Shown: positions 41,424 to 49,844, counted from the first letter of the stretch. The stretch: DNA of 64,000 nt from an uncultured Gammaproteobacteria bacterium (GCA_965230945.1 OZ246397.1:175701-239700); one strand, 5' to 3'. A program made the numbers and translations. Notes: a model not told the origin generated them from the sequence alone.

Positions 41424-42095
41424 TCAATCGTGGATAACAACTTTCGTTCCTGGATTTTCCTTTGAAGAATAGGCCACCCACCTACTTTGGCCTAACAAAG
41501 GTGAAGTCCAATAAAATAATTTCTCTGCATCAGGAATCGACATATTAACACAACCATGGCTCATAGGATAGCCAAAGTTATTATGCCAATAAGCCCCATG
41601 AATACCGTAACCTCTGTAAAAATATTGAACGTAAGGGACATTGGGTAAGTAATAATAAGTATTGTTTTCTTTCCTGCCCCCTTCCATCTTGGTGTATTTA
41701 AGTTTTATCCAAATTCTAAACTCACCCGTAGGAGTCGGCGCCCATTTTCCTCCAGAAATAAAAAACTCATAATCAATATTATTGCCATTATGGGCATATA
41801 ATTTCTGATCTGATAAATCAATTTCAATCCAACGCTCATCACTAATCGCTCCTAAAACAGCCTCATCAGAAGCAGCCAAGATATCTAAAGAAGGTACCAA
41901 CTCCGCTAATTTATAATCAACAATCTTATTATCAAAAATCGCTATTTCTTCATCAGTACTATATTTCCCATCAGCCTCAGGAGGTGGCGGTCCACAACCA
42001 CAAGAAAAGTCATCAAAAATATCACGGGCGGAAAAAAATAAGACAAAGATAGATAAAAACAATGCCAATGGTATTAAAACTTTCAATGATTTCAT
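41424..42095 (-). CDS. L,D-transpeptidase (YkuD family)
   Basis: IEIDLSDQKL, TPTGEF, IHGAYWH...SHGCVN catalytic His/Cys. Confidence 0.9.
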   Translation of the reverse strand: MKSLKVLIPLALFLSIFVLFFSARDIFDDFSCGCGPPPPEADGKYSTDEEIAIFDNKIVDYKLAELVPSLDILAASDEAVLGAISDERWIEIDLSDQKLYAHNGNNIDYEFFISGGKWAPTPTGEFRIWIKLKYTKMEGGRKENNTYYYLPNVPYVQYFYRGYGIHGAYWHNNFGYPMSHGCVNMSIPDAEKLFYWTSPLLGQSRWVAYSSKENPGTKVVIHD

Positions 42096-42162
42096 TAATT
42101 GAAGTTTACTACAAAAACTTTCTTGTTTCCAGGTTCAAAAAATGATAGAATCAAACCATCAC

Positions 42163-42233
42163 TGCGGGATCGTCTAATGGTAGGACGCTTGACTCTGGAT
42201 CAAGTAATCTTGGTTCGAATCCCAGTCCCGCAG
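42163..42233 (+). tRNA. tRNA-Gln (anticodon CTG)
   Basis: Acceptor TGCGGGA/TCCCGCA, anticodon arm CTTGA-CTCTGGA-TCAAG, T-loop TTCGAAT. Confidence 0.93.
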
Positions 42234-42354
42234 CAAACTTGAGAACTCAATTGGCTAAGTTACAAATTTAGTTTGTTAAGCCTTGTTTGAAGACCAATTG
42301 AACTAAAATTAACTATTCAGCTCAAATTTCCGTTAGAAATAGACTACTCAAGAT

Positions 42355-43092
42355 ATGAATTTATATAAAAGGAACCAAAAATTAATGGCTTGTTTCACAA
42401 CTAAAGAATTGATTAATTTAATGCTATGGCCGAAAGAGCAGGTCTTACTGAATACCATGCTGGACGCAAGACTACAAGGAACAAACATTGATGATATGAA
42501 GCTAAAGCAATCGGTATTAAAATTAGCCAAAAATTCAGTAAAGTCGACAGACTATGAATATTGGGTATCAATTTTTACTTTATCTGAAGAATTTGGTAAA
42601 GACTGTGAGGTTTGTTTTTACCTGAAGGACACCTTTGATCATCATAAACAGTCGATAACCACATATACTGATTTAGAAAAGTTTAAAGAGCAAAATACTC
42701 CAGCTGATGTGATACTTAAACAAGGCTCTAATCGATTCTTTGAATTCCAGCTAAAGAGATATCAAGGTGACTTAAATCAAGATAGTCTATTTACTTTCAT
42801 CAAAAAGAAAATAATGCACTACAGTTCTCCTATCAACTATTGTATCATTCTACAACATAGTCCTGGCACAAAATTGCCCACATTTTTATTTGAAGATTTG
42901 TGTGCAAAAATTAAAACAATGCCTTTACAAAAAAGAGACTTGGGTAGAATTTGCTTTTTGTTTAATGCAAACAATAAATATATGATATTAGCACATGTTT
43001 ATCCGGAACTAGCAATGTACAAGCGTCCTTTTATAAAAGGGAGCGAACAAGCCAAAGAGATAATTAGTCCAAAAATGAGTTATAAGGATTAA
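42355..43092 (+). CDS. Hypothetical protein, possible PD-(D/E)xK nuclease fold
   Basis: PADVILK...FFEFQLK resembles the PD..(D/E)xK pattern; stop codon lies inside junction repeat J1. Confidence 0.6.
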   Translation: MNLYKRNQKLMACFTTKELINLMLWPKEQVLLNTMLDARLQGTNIDDMKLKQSVLKLAKNSVKSTDYEYWVSIFTLSEEFGKDCEVCFYLKDTFDHHKQSITTYTDLEKFKEQNTPADVILKQGSNRFFEFQLKRYQGDLNQDSLFTFIKKKIMHYSSPINYCIILQHSPGTKLPTFLFEDLCAKIKTMPLQKRDLGRICFLFNANNKYMILAHVYPELAMYKRPFIKGSEQAKEIISPKMSYKD

Positions 43093-43197
43093 AGGGTCCT
43101 AGACCAGCCTATTCAATTATTTTGGAATAAGAACCCTAGGCACTCTATCTAATTATAAAGACTAAGTGAATCCAAACCCACAAAGCTCAAGCCAAAC
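43077..43197 (+). repeat. Junction repeat J1 (A-end, core, module E, degenerate core)
   Basis: Core CTAGACCAGCCTATTCAAT at 43099; E module TTGGAATAAGAACCCTAGGCA shared with 48533 and 51841. Confidence 0.85.
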
Positions 43198-43209
43198 TAG
43201 ATTGGCTAG

Positions 43210-43390
43210 TTATAAAGAAGGATATTTGACCAGTATATCGGTATACTTCTGAGGTTCGAGCCAATCCGAATATTTTTCTTCCCATTTTTCACTTTCAGAA
43301 AGCGTCTGATATGTTTTTTCCAGTGTTATAAGCACTTTTTTGTCATAAAATTCCGTAGTAATTCTCCCGAAGTAAAAAAAGTCCCATAGT
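43210..43390 (-). pseudogene. Possible 3' gene remnant
   Basis: Open frame WDFFYFGRITTEFYDKKVLITLEKTYQ...LVKYPSL* with no clear start, cut by the tasA promoter. Confidence 0.3.
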
Positions 43391-43419
43391 TTGACAAAAT
43401 CAAGGTTTAATGCTATACT
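43391..43419 (+). promoter_or_regulatory. Sigma70-type promoter of the first tasA-sipW unit
   Basis: TTGACA-17 nt-TATACT with TGn extension. Confidence 0.8.
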
Positions 43420-43543
43420 GCATTTTCACTTAGGAGTTAATTTGAGAACCAAAAGTAGAAGCACTCAAAAGTTCTCTTTTTAATCCTTAAAGGTATTCAG
43501 TTTTTGGCACTTTAACAACAAAATAAGAGAAAGGGAAAGAAAA

Positions 43544-44104
43544 ATGAAGAAGAAATTATTAATTATTCTTCCTGTTGTAGCTGCAATGATTTTAGTGATG
43601 GCTTTTGGAGCAGTTGGTGCTAATGCTTGGTTTACAGACCAAGACAAGAGTACCGACAACTTTATCCAAGCAGGGACGGTCAATCCAGAAGTTAGAGGAG
43701 CAAGCTTTACTGTAAGTAATGCCGCTCCTGATATTTGGTACGGTCCATCCGATCCGATTACTTTCTTTAATCATACCCATAATTCAACTTTGCCGGTTAA
43801 ATACAAAATTTCCTCCGAGTTTGTTTCCCAATCGGTCGGTGGTTTTTATGACAAAGTCAGCATCAGGGTTGAAAGAAGAGAAGGAAGCAGTTGGGTTGAA
43901 TACTATAATGGGGCGCTTAATTCCGTAATCATTGGACCCAGTAAATGTGGAGCAATGGCAAATGTCCCCAGTGGTAACAGCCATGAGTGGAGAATTTGGC
44001 TTCAGGTTAATAAATCAGCTGGCAATGGTTTCCAGGGAGCAACAACCACTTTTAATCTGGTATTTGACAGTACTCAAGAAAACAACCCAGGATGGAGTGA
44101 ATAA
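43544..44104 (+). CDS. TasA/CalY (camelysin)-family protein with SipW-type signal peptide
   Basis: MKKK-hydrophobic-GANAWFTD, N.IQAGT, AGNGFQG.TTTFNLVF..TQ; next to sipW. Confidence 0.85.
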   Translation: MKKKLLIILPVVAAMILVMAFGAVGANAWFTDQDKSTDNFIQAGTVNPEVRGASFTVSNAAPDIWYGPSDPITFFNHTHNSTLPVKYKISSEFVSQSVGGFYDKVSIRVERREGSSWVEYYNGALNSVIIGPSKCGAMANVPSGNSHEWRIWLQVNKSAGNGFQGATTTFNLVFDSTQENNPGWSE

Positions 44105-44130
44105 AAACTTAAAGGAAGGAGATGGGCTAA

Positions 44131-45123
44131 ATGAAGAAAAAAACAGCTTCCTTCTTCAAGAAATTTGGCATTAGCCTTTTAGTTTTATTTATTATATTTA
44201 TCCTCTTTCTTGCGTATGGTCATATAAACAACCGTTGGTATAAACTTATTTATATTAAAAGTGACAGTATGTTTCCTATTTTTAAGGCAGGAGACCTAAT
44301 TTGTATCACCAAACCGCCTTATGAAATAAAATCTGGAATGATTATTTGTTTTCAAATTAAAGGAGATATTGTCACCCATCGAGTTGTAGCCATAAATGAA
44401 AATGGTAGTTTTAAAACCAAGGGTGATGCCAATAAGGTTGTTGATGATTGGGATGATTATAAAATTAAAAAGGTAGCTGGAATTTATCGCTTCAAAATTC
44501 CCTACTTGGGCTATCCAATTGGATATTGTAGTTACTGGGCCAAAAGAGCAACTCTAGGAGTTAACGATTTTCTAAGAAATACTATTGATAAAATAGGCAA
44601 CATTTTTATTGGAAGCAGTGCCTATTTTGTCAACCAGGATAAAATTCTGATGGGTATCACGGCTGAAGATCCACCCATTCTGATGGGTACCACGGCTGAA
44701 GATCCACCCAAGGAAGAAAATCCAAATTCTGAAGAAGATCAAAATACTACGGAGAATCAGTCACCGGAAGATAAAGCACCAACAATAGATGTTTTTAACA
44801 TTAACAATGACGAGTCAACTACAGAAAGCCGTGAGGTAGTTCTCAATATTTCTGCTTCCGATGATATCACTCCTCCAGAAAAACTCCAAATGAGAATTGC
44901 TAATGATGAGAAAACTTGGCCAGACGAAAACGCAGACTGGGAAGCCTACTCAACAAATAAAAACTGGCAACTTTCAGAGGAAGAAGGAGAAAAAAAGGTT
45001 TGCCTTCAAGTCAAAGATGAGGCAGGCAATATTACCAGCGCCTCGGATACTATCAGCTATAAACCAGTTGATAACGAAGATAACGAAAACACCGAAGAAA
45101 CAACCGAGGACGAAGAAAGCTAA
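44131..45123 (+). CDS. sipW: Signal peptidase I, SipW/S26B type, with C-terminal extracellular extension
   Basis: SDSMFP, AGDLI, IVTHRV, KTKGDAN and IPYLGY motifs; acidic linker and Ig-like tail (QVKDEAGN). Confidence 0.88.
   Translation: MKKKTASFFKKFGISLLVLFIIFILFLAYGHINNRWYKLIYIKSDSMFPIFKAGDLICITKPPYEIKSGMIICFQIKGDIVTHRVVAINENGSFKTKGDANKVVDDWDDYKIKKVAGIYRFKIPYLGYPIGYCSYWAKRATLGVNDFLRNTIDKIGNIFIGSSAYFVNQDKILMGITAEDPPILMGTTAEDPPKEENPNSEEDQNTTENQSPEDKAPTIDVFNINNDESTTESREVVLNISASDDITPPEKLQMRIANDEKTWPDENADWEAYSTNKNWQLSEEEGEKKVCLQVKDEAGNITSASDTISYKPVDNEDNENTEETTEDEES
44644..44709 (+). repeat. 33-bp in-frame tandem duplication in sipW
   Basis: ATTCTGATGGGTA(T/C)CACGGCTGAAGATCCACCC twice, one mismatch (ILMGITAEDPP/ILMGTTAEDPP). 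Confidence 0.92.
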
Positions 45124-45154
45124 AATTAAGCCAAAAACTGAATATTAACAAACG

Positions 45155-45216
45155 AGACCACTTCGTGGAAAACTATAATCTTTTTTGATTATAAACCCCC
45201 ACGCAGTGGTCTTTTC
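45155..45216 (+). terminator. Long hairpin/terminator after sipW
   Basis: AGACCACT..CGTGG..TATAATC pairs with GATTATA..CCACG.AGTGGTCT, followed by TTTC. Confidence 0.7.
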
Positions 45217-45247
45217 TTATAGAAAATAAAAATTAAAGTCCTATAAG

Positions 45248-45276
45248 TTGACACGATTAAGATTTAGTGTTATATT
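45248..45276 (+). promoter_or_regulatory. Sigma70-type promoter of the second tasA gene
   Basis: TTGACA-17 nt-TATATT with TGn extension; homologous to 43391-43419. Confidence 0.78.
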
Positions 45277-45412
45277 AAAACTCCTTCATGGGATAAAAGA
45301 AAGAATTAAAAGTGAAAGCACTTTAAAAAAGCTCTTTTTTTAATCCTCAAAGGTATTCAGTTTTTGGCACTTTAACAACAAAATAAGAAAAAAAAGAAAG
45401 GAAGGAAAGCAG

Positions 45413-45964
45413 ATGAAAAAGAAAAAACTCTTTATCATTCTTTCCGTAGCGGTTGTCTTTGTTCTCGTCCTTGCTTTTGGTGCTATTGGCACCAATGCTT
45501 GGTTTAACGACCAAGAGACAAGTGAAGGGAATCTCTTTGAAGCAGGAACCCTTGAGTTAGATGTGCAAGGTAGGAATGAAGCAAACGAGTCTTACACTTT
45601 TTCAAATATTAAACCTGGTGATAGCGCAGGGTGGGAAGGGGTTACTTCTCCTTGGATACCTGGCTTGAATTGGACAGTAAAAAATACTGGTTCAATCGAT
45701 GGCGTTCTAACTGTTAGCTTAAAGGACATTGTCAATGTAGGCAGTGCTCCATTAGCTACCCAGCTTAGACCACAGGTTCGAGTAAACGGTGTTTGGAAAA
45801 CAGAATCCTCTGGTTTTCATAATCTTAATCCGTTTACCGTTGATTTACCTGCTGGACAAAGTGTTACTATTGCCATTGCATGGAGTTTCTACGAAAATGC
45901 TGGTAACGAGTATCAAGGTGCAAGTACAACCTTTGATGTTCATTTTGACTTAGCGCAAAAATAA
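45413..45964 (+). CDS. Second TasA/CalY-family protein with SipW-type signal peptide
   Basis: GTNAWFND.E.S.GN.FEAGTL, NIKPGDS, VKNTGS, AGNEYQG..TTFDVHF.LAQ. Confidence 0.87.
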   Translation: MKKKKLFIILSVAVVFVLVLAFGAIGTNAWFNDQETSEGNLFEAGTLELDVQGRNEANESYTFSNIKPGDSAGWEGVTSPWIPGLNWTVKNTGSIDGVLTVSLKDIVNVGSAPLATQLRPQVRVNGVWKTESSGFHNLNPFTVDLPAGQSVTIAIAWSFYENAGNEYQGASTTFDVHFDLAQK

Positions 45965-46120
45965 TATATAACAAGACCAACATCCTTAACTTCTCAAGAA
46001 GTTAAAAACCAATCTTTCTAGAGCCAAAAACTGAAAAATATACCACTTGAGGTGAAATTTGATAATCTTTGGTTATCACTTTCCGCTTCAGGTGGTTCTT
46101 TTATGACTATTTTCCACTAA

Positions 46121-46151
46121 AAAACCCTCCGCAAAGGAGGGTTTTCTTTTT
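46121..46151 (+). terminator. Intrinsic terminator
   Basis: AAAACCCTCC-gcaaa-GGAGGGTTTT followed by CTTTTT. Confidence 0.85.
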
Positions 46152-46205
46152 GACAACTAAGATGTGGTAAGAAAAAGGGGTTTAAATTGATAAAATCTGT
46201 TTTTC

Positions 46206-46281
46206 TTTTTTATACTGTCTCATTTGTCTCATTTACTCTTGAGTTATAATGATAGAAAGGTCTTAGACCAACCCGCTCAAC
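46206..46281 (+). repeat. Junction repeat J2 (internally deleted module A, core)
   Basis: TGTCTCATTTGTCTCATTT...GAGTTATAATGATAGAAAGG; core TTAGACCAACCCGCTCAAC at 46263. Confidence 0.85.
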
Positions 46282-46334
46282 TTAGAAAAGCCCTAAATAT
46301 TGGGCTTTTTTTAATTATATGTTAAAATAAAAAT

Positions 46335-47576
46335 ATGATTGACTTGATTTTTGTAGTTTCTCAATCAAATAGAAACAGCATTGCCGCTCTCTTAGGTACC
46401 CTCGATACCGAAAAACAGATTATTGAACGTTTTAATATAAAGCTAATTAATGAAAAAGGTGTTGAAAAAGAAATAAAATCCAAAAAAAAGAAAATTATTT
46501 GTTTTTCTTTTCAAACTCCCGATGTTTTTAAACTCCAACCATTAATAAGGAAAATTAAAAAAGATAAAGAAACTCTTCTGATAGCAGGAGGCGCTCACCC
46601 ATCAGGTAGTCCTCAACATACCTTAAAAATGGGCTTTGACTTTGCTTTTATAGGAGAAAGCGAGGAAACATTTAAGAGCTTTTTAGAAAAATATCATTCA
46701 AGCCAAAACAACTATGAAAAAATAAACGGCATTGCCTTTAAACAAAATAGCAAATTTATTGTCACTGAAAAAGCGAAACCAGTTGATATCACAAAATATT
46801 TACCTGTTTCTGAAAGATTCCAATTTTTCACTCCTATCGAGATAACTAGAGGTTGTCCATATGGTTGTCGTTTTTGCCAAACTACTTATCTTTTTGGGAA
46901 AATAAGACACCGAACGATAAAACAAATTATTGACTCAGCTAAAATTCTGACTGAGCAGGGTTGGACAAAAATAAGATTTATAAGCCCTAACATCCTATCT
47001 TATGGCTCTGTAGATGGTAAGAAAACCAATCTACCAGAATTAAAAAGAATACTAGAATCAGTTAGAAAAATTAACGGTGTTGAAAAGATTTATGCTGGTA
47101 GTTTTCCTTCCGAAATCAGACCAGAAAATGTTACAAAAGAAGCTTTATCAATTTTAAAAAAATATGCTAATAATGACAATATTATTATCGGGCTCCAATC
47201 AGGAAGTAATAATGTTTTAAAAAGAATGCATAGACAGCACACTGTTAGAGAGGGTTTAGAAGCAATTGAAAAAGCACTTGAGATTGGATTTAAGGTAAAT
47301 GTTGACTTTATCTTTGGAACCCCAGGAGAAACAAAGGAAAATGAAAAAGAGACGATTGAAATAATTAAAAAATTAACTAAATTACAGGGCGTTAGAATTC
47401 ACGGGCATACTTTTCTACCTTTACCTGGAACGCCTTGGGAAAATGAAAAAGCAGGGAAAATCTCAGATGGATTAAAAAAATTTCTTAAAGGGCTAATTGA
47501 TTCTTCGAAGGTTTATGGTGATTGGGAAAAACAAGAACAGTTATCTAAAATGATCAGTCATCTTCTAAAGAAATAA
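46335..47576 (+). CDS. B12-binding/radical SAM protein (MJ1487/TIGR04013-like)
   Basis: AGGAHPSG B12-domain motif, EITRGCPYGCRFC (CxxxCxxC), GSFPSEIRPE, HTFLPLPGTP. Confidence 0.85.
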   Translation: MIDLIFVVSQSNRNSIAALLGTLDTEKQIIERFNIKLINEKGVEKEIKSKKKKIICFSFQTPDVFKLQPLIRKIKKDKETLLIAGGAHPSGSPQHTLKMGFDFAFIGESEETFKSFLEKYHSSQNNYEKINGIAFKQNSKFIVTEKAKPVDITKYLPVSERFQFFTPIEITRGCPYGCRFCQTTYLFGKIRHRTIKQIIDSAKILTEQGWTKIRFISPNILSYGSVDGKKTNLPELKRILESVRKINGVEKIYAGSFPSEIRPENVTKEALSILKKYANNDNIIIGLQSGSNNVLKRMHRQHTVREGLEAIEKALEIGFKVNVDFIFGTPGETKENEKETIEIIKKLTKLQGVRIHGHTFLPLPGTPWENEKAGKISDGLKKFLKGLIDSSKVYGDWEKQEQLSKMISHLLKK

Positions 47577-47580
47577 TTCT

Positions 47581-47714
47581 GTCTTTGATAAACCACCTCA
47601 GGATAAGCTATAATCTTTTCTAAGTTACTAGTTCAAAAATCGTCTGCTAAGGCAACTCGTTGGGAATAATACTGTAGATATGGGATCGAAAGGGCCTAGA
47701 CCGACTTGCTCAGC
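47581..47714 (+). repeat. Junction repeat J3 (module C promoter, module D, core)
   Basis: TTGATA-18 nt-TATAAT at 47585-47614; D module TTGGGAATA..TATGGGATCGAA; core CTAGACCGACTTGCTCAGC at 47696. Confidence 0.87.
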
Positions 47715-47750
47715 ATAAGTTTGTGGGTATAAAATAGAAGTATCAGACTA

Positions 47751-48500
47751 ATGAATAGAGAACAAAATACATTTTTCTCAGATTTATTACAGAATCTTGG
47801 TTTTATTGCTGCAGCAGTTGTAGCGTTGTCTCAATATGCTTTAAACGAAAGCTTTAAATTCTTGTTTGAAAATAATACGGAATTAATGAAGATGTCTAGT
47901 TTGGTCGCACTTATTTTGTCCGGTGCTATTTTTTTTGGCTTTTTTGCAATTAGATTTAATCTACTTACCAAAGTGTATCCAAATAAGAAGAAAAAGGGCG
48001 AATATTTTGCGAGTCTTAGAGAAGAGTCTAAGGTAGAACAACCCAAAAGCCCTCTTGGAGATAAGGAAAAGAAAATCAAAACTGGAAAAAAAATTTCTGA
48101 ACCTTTTAATTTTACATTAATCCAACTTGCATTCCTTTTTATTCTGCTTTCGTTGATTAGTTTTATGGCGAGTATTTTCTCTGTTAACCCATACTTGGTT
48201 TCGTTGTTTTATATTTTGTTCATCTGTTTTATTGTGGCCTCTATATCAATCTTTTCTATCCAACTTTATAGGGACAAGGAGACAAAAAGGAAAAGAGAAG
48301 AAACTAACGAATTAATAATGAACAAAATTCGTCAATACTTTATTGGTGATATTCAAATTCTTTATGATAGTACAAACCTCTTTACTTTAACTGGACCAAA
48401 TAGACACATAATTTTTGAGTATAAGGGAACAAAATATGATGTTTTTACGAAGTCATATGATCCCGAAAGTTATTTCTTATTGAGTGTACACAAGAATTGA
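47751..48500 (+). CDS. Hypothetical 4-TM membrane protein
   Basis: Four hydrophobic segments plus soluble tail; bounded by J3 and J4. Confidence 0.7.
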   Translation: MNREQNTFFSDLLQNLGFIAAAVVALSQYALNESFKFLFENNTELMKMSSLVALILSGAIFFGFFAIRFNLLTKVYPNKKKKGEYFASLREESKVEQPKSPLGDKEKKIKTGKKISEPFNFTLIQLAFLFILLSLISFMASIFSVNPYLVSLFYILFICFIVASISIFSIQLYRDKETKRKREETNELIMNKIRQYFIGDIQILYDSTNLFTLTGPNRHIIFEYKGTKYDVFTKSYDPESYFLLSVHKN

Positions 48501-48506
48501 ATTGAA

Positions 48507-48604
48507 CAGGTTCTAGACCGACCTGCTCAATTATCTGGGATTAAGAACCCTAGGCATACGGTTCAGTTACAAGGACTAGATTGGTCTAGACCGGGGAGTT
48601 CAAC
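48507..48604 (+). repeat. Junction repeat J4 (core, module E, core)
   Basis: Cores at 48513 (CTAGACCGACCTGCTCAAT) and 48586 (CTAGACCGGGGAGTTCAAC), 73 bp apart. Confidence 0.87.
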
Positions 48605-48652
48605 AAATAATGACAAATCGCTCTTTGAGTGGTTTTTTGATAAAGTAAACAT

Positions 48653-49582
48653 ATGACGAAATTAAAAAGAGAAGTAATCATAGGGTTTGTTGTTATTATC
48701 GTAAGCATTACGGTTTTATTTATTTGCCGCCATATAGGTCTTATTGGGATCCCTTGGCTTGATTTTCGCACGGTCTATACCGCTTATACAAAAGATGGTT
48801 TTTATTTTACTGAAAAGCAAAAAGTTTGGAGAATGTTTGACCCTACCACAGGTTTGGTTTGGGAAGACGGAACAATCGCTATATACGGTGTGGATTTTAT
48901 GAGAACAAAAAAGAGGGAAATTATAGATAACAAGACAGGACAGAGTATAATCGGTCTTGCTTTGATTGTCAGTAAAGACGGAAAGAGATTTGAAAGAAAG
49001 CCGATTGCAATGGTCAATCTTGATCGTAGCATGCATGGTGCCGACCCAACGATTGTTCGCAGACCGGAAGGCGGCTACCGTATTTATTTTGTGGAATGTG
49101 TTTCAAAAGAAATATTCAGCGCAGTTTCAGATAACGGATATGATTTTGTCTTTGAAGGATCTTTGAACGATATTTATGAAGCTGACCCCGAGATTATCTT
49201 AAGCAAAAACAAAGACAAATATTATATGTTTACCCGCACAGAAGAGCAGGACGGATTTTTATATGTCAGAGAATCTTATGACGGCAGAAGTTTTGGGGAG
49301 CCTTTAAAAATCCGCTCGCCATTCAATGTTAAGTTTGATGTTGTTGATACTGGAGATAAATATATTGCCTATGGAAGGCCATTTTACGGAATAAGAGGAG
49401 GGGGGCTTTCCGATGAGGTGGATTTTGACTTGCGTTATCCAATATTGGCTGAATCAGAAGATGGACTACACTGGGTTTGGGTTGGCAGAACACTTTCCGG
49501 ACCATGGAAAAGCAATAAACCGCTTATAGGTTCAGCTGTTGTTATTAAAGAAAAGAGTGGCGGTTACAGGCTTTTTTGGTAA
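48653..49582 (+). CDS. Membrane-anchored beta-propeller protein with Asp-box repeats (glycoside hydrolase/sialidase-like)
   Basis: N-terminal TM; SKDGKRF, SDNGYDF, SYDGRSF, SEDGLHW; ADP motifs. Confidence 0.7.
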   Translation: MTKLKREVIIGFVVIIVSITVLFICRHIGLIGIPWLDFRTVYTAYTKDGFYFTEKQKVWRMFDPTTGLVWEDGTIAIYGVDFMRTKKREIIDNKTGQSIIGLALIVSKDGKRFERKPIAMVNLDRSMHGADPTIVRRPEGGYRIYFVECVSKEIFSAVSDNGYDFVFEGSLNDIYEADPEIILSKNKDKYYMFTRTEEQDGFLYVRESYDGRSFGEPLKIRSPFNVKFDVVDTGDKYIAYGRPFYGIRGGGLSDEVDFDLRYPILAESEDGLHWVWVGRTLSGPWKSNKPLIGSAVVIKEKSGGYRLFW

Positions 49583-49682
49583 TAGAAGTAGTATCAGAAA
49601 TACGCCTGCGATCATAGTTTAACAGAAAAATACCTTGTAGAAAACAGATTAAATTAGTATTCTGCTCGGACAAAAGGTACTC

Positions 49683-49781
49683 TTTTTTTATAGTGTCTCA
49701 TTTGTCTCATTTAGCCTCGAGGTGATACGCTTAGATTGTTGAGTTATAATGACTAAAAGGTTCTAGACCGGCCTGTTCAGC
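49683..49781 (+). repeat. Junction repeat J5 (full module A, core)
   Basis: TGTCTCATTTGTCTCATTTAGCCTCGAGGTGATACGCTTAGATTGTTGAGTTATAAT; core CTAGACCGGCCTGTTCAGC at 49763. Confidence 0.88.
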
Positions 49782-49844
49782 AAAATATCCTATAATTTGA
49801 CTTTGTGCCTTTCTTATATTAACATTTAAAATAATAAAGACATT

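Noticed and set aside
46180-46232. MRQMRQYKK mini-ORFs on the minus strand of module A
   Set aside because: The four copies diverge after about 9 codons and stop at different points; treated as non-coding.
48583-48592. GGTCTAGACC as a DasR/NagR (GntR) operator
   Set aside because: The perfect palindrome occurs once; conservation extends asymmetrically 12 nt to the right; sites also lie between convergent stop codons (54278), where an operator makes little sense. Not fully excluded.
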